Source: a virus. Taken from it: 64,000 nt of DNA. Below are positions 55,775-64,000 of the stretch, in pieces. The stretch is from IMG/VR virus record IMGVR_UViG_3300025684_000010, one strand, 5' to 3'. Within the stretch, counting starts at the first letter, position 1, and each line of letters begins with the position of its first letter. The notes below the pieces were generated by a model. That model worked only from the letters and a program-made list of their open reading frames with translations. It ran no database searches and was not told the origin of the DNA. Made by a program: the position numbers and the translations under genes.

Positions 55775-56821
55775 TTAACACCTGTTCACAAAGTCAAAGA
55801 AAACATCTTGAGGAATTTTTAATAAGAACGTACCATTGTCTTGATAACCAAAAGCAATAATAATATTACCTTCATAGAATATCATTCCTGTGGCAAACTC
55901 AATATTATATTCACTTCCTGTTGTTGGATCAATTTGACTACCTAAGAAATTAAAGTCAGATGTCCATTTTTCTAAATTCCAATCTTTATCCCATATAAGT
56001 ACTCTATGATTATAATGACCATCTTTGCGTCCAAAGGCATCTTTATTTAAATCAACCTCGTGAGTTAATGTCATTCTTCTACCTTCACCAATTGGCCATA
56101 CCTGAGTACCGCCACGAAGATCTCTATATATTTCTGTCCTAGAAACAACATTTGATTCTGGTGTTAAATGAACTGTTGTTGTCGTTTTTGTTTTAATATC
56201 AAATTTAACGACTTCACAAGGATTACACCATTTAACAAAGTGCCATGGCATATCAACTATAGGCATCCAATTCTTTTCACAATATGTACCATCATCGCCT
56301 GGAGCAGGAATAGGATAACGAGCAACTTCTTTCCAGATGCCATTAATATATTCTATTTCTTGTAGCTCCATTCTGCCTTTACCTTTATCGTCATAACAAT
56401 CTCGACGAACTCCACAAAGGAATAGACGCCCTTCCCAATTGAATAAACGACCATCTTCAAGACCGATAAAATTCCATGTAGGTTTTGTATCAAGTTCTGA
56501 AGTATCAATCCTACTTGCATGAATAACCTCTAAGTCACCATTTAACTCGGTCATGATATTGTAAGTAGTTAAACTTATATCGTTTTCTGGGTGGATGTAT
56601 TGTAAGGGACCCCAGACATGAGGCCACTTTTTACCTTCTGAATGATAAAGAGTATAATTAACATGACGGACATTCAAAAGAATCCTTCCTTCGTGTAGAA
56701 AGATGGAAGGATTCATTATCCCTGTCTCGCCAGTTAACTCTTTGGGTAGTGTAATTGGGTGTATGCTTCCGCCACGTTTTAGCGCGTAGTGCACCAAGCC
56801 GTGATGACGTAAATCATGCAT
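55775..56821 (-). CDS. five-bladed beta-propeller glycosidase-like protein (GH130/GH43-like clan)
   Basis: NPSI, EDGRLF, EKNWMP, LRGGT and IEFATG motifs. Confidence 0.55.
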   Translation of the reverse strand: MHDLRHHGLVHYALKRGGSIHPITLPKELTGETGIMNPSIFLHEGRILLNVRHVNYTLYHSEGKKWPHVWGPLQYIHPENDISLTTYNIMTELNGDLEVIHASRIDTSELDTKPTWNFIGLEDGRLFNWEGRLFLCGVRRDCYDDKGKGRMELQEIEYINGIWKEVARYPIPAPGDDGTYCEKNWMPIVDMPWHFVKWCNPCEVVKFDIKTKTTTTVHLTPESNVVSRTEIYRDLRGGTQVWPIGEGRRMTLTHEVDLNKDAFGRKDGHYNHRVLIWDKDWNLEKWTSDFNFLGSQIDPTTGSEYNIEFATGMIFYEGNIIIAFGYQDNGTFLLKIPQDVFFDFVNRC

Positions 56822-56860
56822 GTTGACTCCATTATATAGATCAAAATTTTATTTATTCAT

Positions 56861-57193
56861 TTAAGACCAAGGAATTGCTCTTGAACCAGCGCCTTGTCTA
56901 TCTATCTTATCCTGAATAGCTGTATTATAAGAATTCATCAGTTCAGTAGATATACCTGCTTCTAGCCAGCCAACAACAGTTGCTTCAGTTAAATCAGAAA
57001 AGCCAACAAAGTCTGCTTCTCCAACAGAGGCTGCTGTAAGTTTATGAAACCCCACAACGCTGCCTTTTTTACCGTCGTCTGCTGTGCCAGTTTTAACCCA
57101 CTGTATTTTAACAACTGCGTTAGATAAAGTTACACCGTCACCGTTAACTTGGTCGATGGTTTCTAAATTAACTATTGTCCAAGAATAGATCAT
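56861..57193 (-). CDS. tail-fibre-associated small protein (paralogue of 57205-57618)
   Basis: YSWTI, VV.I.W...G.D, F..FSDLTEATVVGW and PW motifs. Confidence 0.6.
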   Translation of the reverse strand: MIYSWTIVNLETIDQVNGDGVTLSNAVVKIQWVKTGTADDGKKGSVVGFHKLTAASVGEADFVGFSDLTEATVVGWLEAGISTELMNSYNTAIQDKIDRQGAGSRAIPWS

Positions 57194-57204
57194 TTTTTAT
57201 AACC

Positions 57205-57618
57205 TTATTCTGGGTCAGCTGCTGGATCTTCGCCAGGTACTGGTGTAACAACTTCAACTGCAGGTGCCCAAGGCATAACGCCTTCTTCAATACTGGCTTC
57301 GTCAATCTGTTTTCCAACTCTTTCAGAGATATGATCTGCATATCCTTGATCGCCGTTTACGACAGCTTGAATCCAACCTAAAACAGTTGCTTCTGTTAAT
57401 TCTTCGAATGGTGCAAAAGAACCTGCTGGTACGTTAACTGCAGTGAAAGGTGTAGCTCCTGAGAACTCTCCTTCGTTACCGCTGCTATCTACTCCAACAA
57501 CTTTCCAATATGTTTGAACTACAGCGCCGGCAAGCGTTGCACCTTCAGTGTTAACTTGATCCCTTTTCTTAAGGGAAGTCACACTCCAAGTCCACGTATA
57601 ATCTGTGCTAAGTGCCAT
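57205..57618 (-). CDS. tail-fibre-associated small protein
   Basis: YTWTW, VVQTYWKVVG.D, FAPFEELTEATVLGW and MPW motifs. Confidence 0.6.
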   Translation of the reverse strand: MALSTDYTWTWSVTSLKKRDQVNTEGATLAGAVVQTYWKVVGVDSSGNEGEFSGATPFTAVNVPAGSFAPFEELTEATVLGWIQAVVNGDQGYADHISERVGKQIDEASIEEGVMPWAPAVEVVTPVPGEDPAADPE

Positions 57619-57655
57619 TTTATTTTCTCCTATTAATAACTTAATGTTATATTTC

Positions 57656-57663
57656 TATTTATA
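57656..57663 (-). promoter_or_regulatory. late promoter TATAAATA
   Basis: Exact consensus. Confidence 0.7.
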
Positions 57664-57673
57664 ATTTATTTCT

Positions 57674-57702
57674 ATTATATCAAAAACTAGTTCATATGTC
57701 AA
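57674..57702 (-). promoter_or_regulatory. sigma70 promoter within the structural region
   Basis: On the - strand, TTGACA-tatgaactagtttttga-TATAAT. Confidence 0.75.
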
Positions 57703-57707
57703 CTAAT

Positions 57708-60700
57708 TTATGAAAGTTTTTCAACCAACTTTGAAACCATGTCTTTCAAGTCATTAATTTCTTGTTGCTGATTATTTATAATGGTTCGTTGTTCTTTGAT
57801 TGCCTTTGCTAACTCTACTGCCGAAGCCAATGCCGCTCCACCATAGTTAACTGATAAAGTTCCCATTTCGTCTTGTGCAGTTATAATTGCTTCTGGTAAA
57901 AGCACTTGGAGGGATTGAGCTGATACACCAACCTGCGTGAGTTGTTCCCCATCAGTACGATCGTAAATACCTACACGAACTTCTGATAAACGAGAAACAA
58001 AGTTATCAGGCATTGGTTTCCAGTTTGTTTTTAATCGCTCATCCGAATAAGCAGTAACGTTACCACTTGCTTTTATTGAATAAGACATGGAAGAACCATA
58101 CTGGCCATTAATCAACACTAACAAACCGTGGCTATCTAGGTTTCCTGCAGCTCCACCGGCATTTGGATGCGACCAGGCCATTCCATAAAGATTACCAGTT
58201 GTAGTACCATTAGCAGGTAATCTATAAGAGGTACCCATTGAGAATACATTCTGATATCTTGTTGATGTATATACACCAACGAGTCCATAGCCATAGTTAC
58301 CATCAACAATAATATCACCGTAGAATCTAGCAGATGTCCCTGCAGTTGCATCAACATAATAATTTGTATTATCAGAATCGTAGAATACATTAGCGCGAAG
58401 ATCACCACTTCCGCCGCCGCCATACATAGCGAATTCTTTCCAACCAGATGTAGATGTACTCCACTTACCTCTTGCCCAATACCTATTGGCGGTTGCGTTC
58501 GTAGCACCTACCATCATCCAACCGTATGATCGACTACCGTCACTTAGTGCATAGTGTTGTCCAGATACAATACCTTGTGCGTGAATATATCCACCACCTT
58601 GTGGATGGTCAGTACCGCCTCCCCAAATATCCCAACCAGAGAAACCACCTTTCCAAGCGTTGGCCCAGGTACCAGCACCAGTTCCCCAACCAAAAGTACC
58701 TGTGTGATAGTTAGTATCACTAGTGTAGTCAGATCGAGGAGTAATCCAATGGTGAGCATTACCCATTCTAACGTGAGCAGCATTAGTCCATTTATTTGTA
58801 TTTGAAGTACCGTCCGGATCTATATAAAAACCAGTGTTATTTGTATCGTAGAAGATTGGCGCTCTGTGAGAACCACCAGCAGTCACAACTCCCGTAAAAT
58901 ACGCGCCTTCAGATGCGAACGAGATTCTATGGTATGTACTACCATTATTTTTTAGTGCAAGGTGATGGCCGTAACCACTTCCATATGAATATGCCAATCC
59001 GTACATATTACCAATTGGCCATGATTCACCAATTGTCCAAATGACCTTTTCAGCAGTACCGGTAGCATTGTAACTACCCATCATTCCGCCGTTGCCTCTA
59101 GAAACAACGTAATCAGAGAACCACATTCTTCCGGCGAAGTTGCCTTGGTTAAAGTTAGAATATGAATGAGGATCAGCATAGTAACCAGTGTTATTAGCAT
59201 CGTAATAAATGCCAGCGTACATTGCACCTTCGTTACCGTTATTAACATTGAGTACTGGTATTGTATTCCAACCGCTCCAACCTGCCCATGCGTTACGGAA
59301 ACGAAGGTTCGGAATTGGACCACCAACCATCTGCCAACCAAGGTTATACGTAGGAGAGGCATTGTAGTGGTACGCTTGCATTCCAACCCAGTGAGATGTA
59401 CCCGATGGTTGGTTGGCTGGGTTGCCCCAAGAATCAATGAAACCCGATCCCCAAGTACCAACAGTGTTCATATCAATCGTGCCCCAACCCATTGAACCGG
59501 TCCAATAGTTGGTATCGCCTGTGATGCGAGGTCTTGCTGAATAGTATTCAGCGGAATTATATGTCTTACCAGCAAGACCCATCATCGCCTTAGTTCTATT
59601 ACTTACACCTTCAAATCGTGTTGAGTTAACTGATGCGCCATCGAAGTAGTAAGCAGTATTATCTCTGTCATATAGGATATTGGCCTGAATAGAACTAGCA
59701 TACAAGGTACGATATACTTCAGCGTTTCCATTGCCCGGCTCCATTCTAAAGCCCCAGTTACCTGAACTGTTTAATAGACCGAAACCTGAACCATCGTAAT
59801 AGAGGTAACCACGACGACCTGTACCCGATCCCTGCGATGGTTGATGTCGATCGTATATAATCAAACCACCAGAACCAGCTGCACCGTCTAAGTGCCAATA
59901 GGAAGAACCTGGACTGTAGAAGTGACGGCCTGTTGCTTGGTTATATAAACCAGTTCCTGAATTATAGTTACGGAACCAACCATCGGTATAAGCTTCGGAC
60001 ATTCTTGTTGTATTAAATCTTGAATCACCAGAGCCTGAACCAAAGTAGAAAGCAGTATTTTCTCTATCGTAAAAAATGTTAGCTCTTACATCATTCATAT
60101 ACGAAGTAGAAGCAAAGTCACCATAATAATTAGTATCGTTTCTATCGTAATAAATGTCAGCTTGCAGCGCGCCGTTAAGATAAGTTGTTCCACCTACATA
60201 CCATTGTAAGTATAGGCTATTACCTGAACGAGAATCTAAGTGTAAGTTACCGTTTGTAGTCGCAACTGAAGCTTCGTTATTATATCGACCATTTGTACCA
60301 ACAGCAAGGTATCTGCCCCAACTTGGATTAGGTCCGTGTAATGCGCCACCTCTAATTCTTAAAGCAGCATCAGAAGTTGAATTAGGATCTAGATAATAAG
60401 TAGTATCATTATTGTCGTAGAATATTGGAGCACGAGCTGAAGCAGTGTGGAATGAGTTACCACTGTTATCCATTCGTAACGACCAACTACCACCGCTATT
60501 TAAGAAACCAATATTGTTACTGTTATCAGCATATGCATAACCGCGAGGGGTGTCGCCTGCAGTTGTAAATAGAATCTGTGAAGTACTACTTGTTGAATAC
60601 AATCTGAATCTTGAAGAGTTATCAGAGTACCAATGCATTGCAGTACCTTGGTTATATAGACCAGTGCCGGGCGAATCGTTACGGAACCAGCCACGAGCAT

Positions 60701-63700
60701 AGAATTCATTTGTTCTTAGATCTTGAGCCAGATTTGAAGAACCGTTAGGATCTAGATAATAACCTGTGTTATTATAATCGTAGAATTGTGTACCACGAAC
60801 ATCATTTGAGAATACCGCTCTACTTGATATAGCAGCTCTGAATGTTCCGTTATTAATAATCAACAAACCGTGATCGTTTAGATTGTTTGCACCACCAAGA
60901 CCGCCTGCATTTGGATGTGACCAATATAAACCGTAAGCATTCTGCGTTGCAGTACCTGCGGCATTAATCGAATACTGATCATCCATATTAAAGATTGTTT
61001 GTAATCTTGTAGATGCGTAAGTACCTGTCATACCTAATCCATAATTCATGAATCTTACGGTTCCATTAATCTGAACCGTATTCATGTTGGATGTAGAGGC
61101 AAAGTCTCCGAAGTAACCAGTATCATTCTGATCGTAGAATATTGGAGCACGAACACTAACAGTGTTAAAGAAATCTGTTGTAGATGTTGCTACCTGTCTC
61201 CAACCTGGGCTGTAACCAGCACTTTGGTTGTTGTAAATATAAACTGAACCGCCGCCATTACCAGTTGTAGGTCTAATGACTAAAGATGTATAATAAGAAC
61301 CATCATGCCAAGTAGCAATCGCAGTACCAGCCATCTCAATATTCTGAATACCTGTATTTACATCAGAGTTACCAGCGTATGACCATGGAACCTTCTGAGC
61401 TGTAAAGCCTACTGCTAACGCTTCGTTATCTCCTAGGTCCTGAATAAAGTTATCGGTTGAAGTACCGTTATTAAAGTATCCTGTACTCCATCTGAACCTA
61501 CCAAAGTTATCAGGATAGAAACCATTTAACCTGTCGTTAATTGTTAAGTTTCTTAATACTGAATTTCCATTAGGATCTACACGATAAGTTGTATCGTTAT
61601 AGTCATAGAAGATTGGAGCTCTAAGGTCGTAGAACGCGTAGAAGATGCGGTCAGTATCTAATCTTGCTGCCTCGACTTGACCAGGCGCAAACATTCTTGT
61701 TCTACGACCAGAATAATAGTTGAGGTATATATCATTGCCGCCTTGAGCATCAATGTGTAAGTTACCACCAAGATAAATTCTACCAGCACCATTTACGGAT
61801 TCAATTGTTACACCATTTTCAACTCTAATGTTATTAGTTCTAACATCACGGAATCTTGCATCACCTTGGCTTGAACCAAAGTAGTAAGCAGTATTTTCGC
61901 GGTCGTAGAATATATTTGCTTGTACAGAATTCATATACGAAGTAGAAGCAAAGTCACCATAATAATTAGTATCGTTTCTATCGTAGTATCTATCTGAGTA
62001 CATATTACCGATGTTGTATGTTTGGCCACCAACATAGTTATTCAAGTATATACTATAACCAGATTTTGCGTCGAGATGCAAGTTACCGTTTGTAACAGCA
62101 ACTGATGCAGTTCCAGTTCCTACCCAACCGTTTGTGCCAACGTATAAGTATTCACCCCAAGTTGTATTAGGTCCGTGGAATGTACCACCACGTTGTCTTA
62201 TTGAACTATTACTTGTGCTGTTAGGATCTACATAATAACCAGTATCATTTGAATCGTAGAAGATCGGTGCTCTTAATGAATCGCCTGCTTGTAAGTTGTA
62301 GTTTACATATACGTTATTTCCACCTAATGGATCTGAACCATTATTGATTGACATGACCTGAGTTGCCATGGTATAATCATTATAGAAACGCATACCGTTA
62401 TAGCTAGCATTTGCACCAAACTTAATACCTGTATGGAAAGCAATTCTTAAATCAGGATATGGATAAGACCAAGCACCGCCTTCTTTATAGATAGCGTATG
62501 CCGTACTTCTACCTGACGCAAAGTATAAACCAAACGTAGAAGCATCTGAAACATCAGCTGTATGAGAGAAGTAGTTAGCTTGCTGAATATTATGTCTAGA
62601 TGTACTTGCCTGATCTGTATAGTAAGATGTATCATTTGAATCATAAAATATTGGAGCTCTTAACGAAGCACCCGCACTTAGAATCTGATTAGCATACACG
62701 TTGCCATCTGGTTGCCATTGCATTGTGCTATAACGAGTACCACTTGTATTCGTATTATAGAAATAGATATGACCGTCAGTCGAGAATCGCATGTATCCTT
62801 GACCACGAGTAGTATTTGGTCGACCAAAGTAATATACGTTAGTACCACTATTGAGATTATTATCAACGTTATAACCGAATCCGCCCCAGTCCCAAGTATT
62901 ACCCGGTTCTGAAACCCACATCTGTAATGCAAGTTCACCAGTACCTGCACCGTTATTACCAGCAGGAAGTGCCAATCTTATTGCCGTATTACCGTGATCA
63001 CCAGTTACATCTAATCTCTTACCACCTGCACGATAACCAATACCTAATTGTAGCATACGACCGTTAGAGTTTGGATCCAAGTAGTAAGCAGTATCATTTC
63101 TGTCATACATTAACGTAGGACGAATATCACCTACGAATTCAGATCTGCCTGCATATGTTCTTTGTTGCCAATCATTAACTCGACGAGTTTCTAATCTATC
63201 AGAGTATCCTAAGATTGAAGTAGCAGGTGCACCTGCAGTTCCTGTAGCACTAAATGCGATTACTGATACACCGTTTGATGCATTAAATAGACGAATGTTT
63301 TCGTTGTAAGAGTTAACATTGTCGCCATCGTTAATCCAAACAGACGGATTTTGAATCTCGCCACGAACAAGTAATGATGTACCTGTTGAAGCAGGATCTA
63401 CATAATAAGCAGTGTTGCCACGGTCTCTAAATATATTTGCATCAATAACATCGGCAGTAATATCATCAACTGTTAAGTCACCAGTAATAAACGCATTACC
63501 ATCAACATTCAGTTGATCCTGTACTCTTAAATCATCAACTAATAAATTAGATTCAGCATTACGTCTCTTCAACATAATACCGCCGTACTCTCTTAAAGCA
63601 CCGCCACTGTTATAGTTAAGTAATATTCTAATTCTTACATAATGACAACCTAAACCATCTGATCCATTATAAGGTGTATGAGATGTTGGAATTGTTGTAT

Positions 63701-63998
63701 GATTTCTTAATGTTTCCCAAGCAGTACTTGTTCTGTTTGAACCACCAACAACAAAATATGTTGTACCTGTATTACCTGCGATTGGATTCTTATCTTTATC
63801 GAATCTCTCAACACCGTAGTATAATAAACCGCCTGAACCTGAAATAAGCCGAGTTGAAATTTCACCGTAAATATCTTCGCCAGGAGTAACAGGAATATAG
63901 TTTGAATAGAAGTTTCTATACGCAGCTGTTCGTAATACCATTCCACCTGCGAAAGGACCATCTCCTGATTTAACATATTCACTAGTTGTTCCTGTAAG
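57708..63998 (-). CDS. long tail fibre (5'-truncated by the window) with a C-terminal peptidase S74 intramolecular chaperone
   Basis: Frame stays open past 63941 to the window edge. About 16 FYDxNDTxYYxD repeats. C-terminal YSDERLK...GVSAQ...LPEAI...VNYG followed by a coiled coil. Confidence 0.85.
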   Translation of the reverse strand, partial: LTGTTSEYVKSGDGPFAGGMVLRTAAYRNFYSNYIPVTPGEDIYGEISTRLISGSGGLLYYGVERFDKDKNPIAGNTGTTYFVVGGSNRTSTAWETLRNHTTIPTSHTPYNGSDGLGCHYVRIRILLNYNSGGALREYGGIMLKRRNAESNLLVDDLRVQDQLNVDGNAFITGDLTVDDITADVIDANIFRDRGNTAYYVDPASTGTSLLVRGEIQNPSVWINDGDNVNSYNENIRLFNASNGVSVIAFSATGTAGAPATSILGYSDRLETRRVNDWQQRTYAGRSEFVGDIRPTLMYDRNDTAYYLDPNSNGRMLQLGIGYRAGGKRLDVTGDHGNTAIRLALPAGNNGAGTGELALQMWVSEPGNTWDWGGFGYNVDNNLNSGTNVYYFGRPNTTRGQGYMRFSTDGHIYFYNTNTSGTRYSTMQWQPDGNVYANQILSAGASLRAPIFYDSNDTSYYTDQASTSRHNIQQANYFSHTADVSDASTFGLYFASGRSTAYAIYKEGGAWSYPYPDLRIAFHTGIKFGANASYNGMRFYNDYTMATQVMSINNGSDPLGGNNVYVNYNLQAGDSLRAPIFYDSNDTGYYVDPNSTSNSSIRQRGGTFHGPNTTWGEYLYVGTNGWVGTGTASVAVTNGNLHLDAKSGYSIYLNNYVGGQTYNIGNMYSDRYYDRNDTNYYGDFASTSYMNSVQANIFYDRENTAYYFGSSQGDARFRDVRTNNIRVENGVTIESVNGAGRIYLGGNLHIDAQGGNDIYLNYYSGRRTRMFAPGQVEAARLDTDRIFYAFYDLRAPIFYDYNDTTYRVDPNGNSVLRNLTINDRLNGFYPDNFGRFRWSTGYFNNGTSTDNFIQDLGDNEALAVGFTAQKVPWSYAGNSDVNTGIQNIEMAGTAIATWHDGSYYTSLVIRPTTGNGGGSVYIYNNQSAGYSPGWRQVATSTTDFFNTVSVRAPIFYDQNDTGYFGDFASTSNMNTVQINGTVRFMNYGLGMTGTYASTRLQTIFNMDDQYSINAAGTATQNAYGLYWSHPNAGGLGGANNLNDHGLLIINNGTFRAAISSRAVFSNDVRGTQFYDYNNTGYYLDPNGSSNLAQDLRTNEFYARGWFRNDSPGTGLYNQGTAMHWYSDNSSRFRLYSTSSTSQILFTTAGDTPRGYAYADNSNNIGFLNSGGSWSLRMDNSGNSFHTASARAPIFYDNNDTTYYLDPNSTSDAALRIRGGALHGPNPSWGRYLAVGTNGRYNNEASVATTNGNLHLDSRSGNSLYLQWYVGGTTYLNGALQADIYYDRNDTNYYGDFASTSYMNDVRANIFYDRENTAFYFGSGSGDSRFNTTRMSEAYTDGWFRNYNSGTGLYNQATGRHFYSPGSSYWHLDGAAGSGGLIIYDRHQPSQGSGTGRRGYLYYDGSGFGLLNSSGNWGFRMEPGNGNAEVYRTLYASSIQANILYDRDNTAYYFDGASVNSTRFEGVSNRTKAMMGLAGKTYNSAEYYSARPRITGDTNYWTGSMGWGTIDMNTVGTWGSGFIDSWGNPANQPSGTSHWVGMQAYHYNASPTYNLGWQMVGGPIPNLRFRNAWAGWSGWNTIPVLNVNNGNEGAMYAGIYYDANNTGYYADPHSYSNFNQGNFAGRMWFSDYVVSRGNGGMMGSYNATGTAEKVIWTIGESWPIGNMYGLAYSYGSGYGHHLALKNNGSTYHRISFASEGAYFTGVVTAGGSHRAPIFYDTNNTGFYIDPDGTSNTNKWTNAAHVRMGNAHHWITPRSDYTSDTNYHTGTFGWGTGAGTWANAWKGGFSGWDIWGGGTDHPQGGGYIHAQGIVSGQHYALSDGSRSYGWMMVGATNATANRYWARGKWSTSTSGWKEFAMYGGGGSGDLRANVFYDSDNTNYYVDATAGTSARFYGDIIVDGNYGYGLVGVYTSTRYQNVFSMGTSYRLPANGTTTGNLYGMAWSHPNAGGAAGNLDSHGLLVLINGQYGSSMSYSIKASGNVTAYSDERLKTNWKPMPDNFVSRLSEVRVGIYDRTDGEQLTQVGVSAQSLQVLLPEAIITAQDEMGTLSVNYGGAALASAVELAKAIKEQRTIINNQQQEINDLKDMVSKLVEKLS
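60093..60149. repeat. 57-nt perfect direct repeat in the tail fibre, copy 1
   Basis: Identical to 61929-61985 (encodes YDRNDTNYYGDFASTSYMN). Confidence 0.9.
61929..61985. repeat. 57-nt perfect direct repeat in the tail fibre, copy 2
   Basis: Identical to 60093-60149. Confidence 0.9.
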
Positions 63999-64000
63999 GT

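Noticed and set aside
23840-63982. Numerous 60-170-aa ORFs antisense to or out of frame with long genes (e.g. 24582-24890, 38718-39071, 40437-40952, 58136-58507)
   Set aside because: They are shadow ORFs fully overlapping well-supported genes, with no SD or motif.
57708-63998. Diversity-generating retroelement in the tail fibre
   Set aside because: The repeat copies are identical rather than adenine-mutated, they are not at the C-terminus, and there is no reverse transcriptase in the window.
1-64000. tRNA genes
   Set aside because: No cloverleaf with a GTTCRA T-loop and CCA was found by eye in the intergenic gaps. tRNAscan-SE would be decisive.

Overview
This window is a 64-kb piece of a low-GC, T4-like (Tevenvirinae/Kyanoviridae/pelagimyophage-type) myovirus genome, probably aquatic. 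That assignment rests on gene content, not a database search. It has four blocks. (1) 1-23.6 kb, + strand: DNA-metabolism and auxiliary genes (glutaredoxin, glyA, iscU, SNase, ribosomal bS21, ligase, SleB hydrolase, dNMP kinase, RNase H, PhoH, exonuclease, FkbM, HD hydrolase, DUF932, epimerase). Many small ORFs sit behind a repeated sigma70 promoter element, and there is an unassigned ~155-nt structured RNA. (2) 23.7-31.4 kb, - strand: a late-promoter operon encoding two single-TM proteins, CsgF, CsgG, a curlin-like protein, a FecR-domain protein, a second curlin-like protein, HemE and a CHASE2-adenylate cyclase. This curli secretion module coupled to a membrane signalling cyclase is the most interesting system here. 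(3) 31.6-36.4 kb, + strand: early small ORFs ending in hemC. (4) 36.7-64 kb, - strand: the T4-type head, neck and tail module (gp23, 22, 21, core, 20, 19, 18, 17, 16, 15, 14, 13), a family of paralogous adhesin-like genes, a sugar-modification cluster, and a 5'-truncated repeat-rich tail fibre with an S74 chaperone domain. No tRNA, CRISPR array, intron, intein or reverse transcriptase was recognised. All product calls come from motif recognition by eye.
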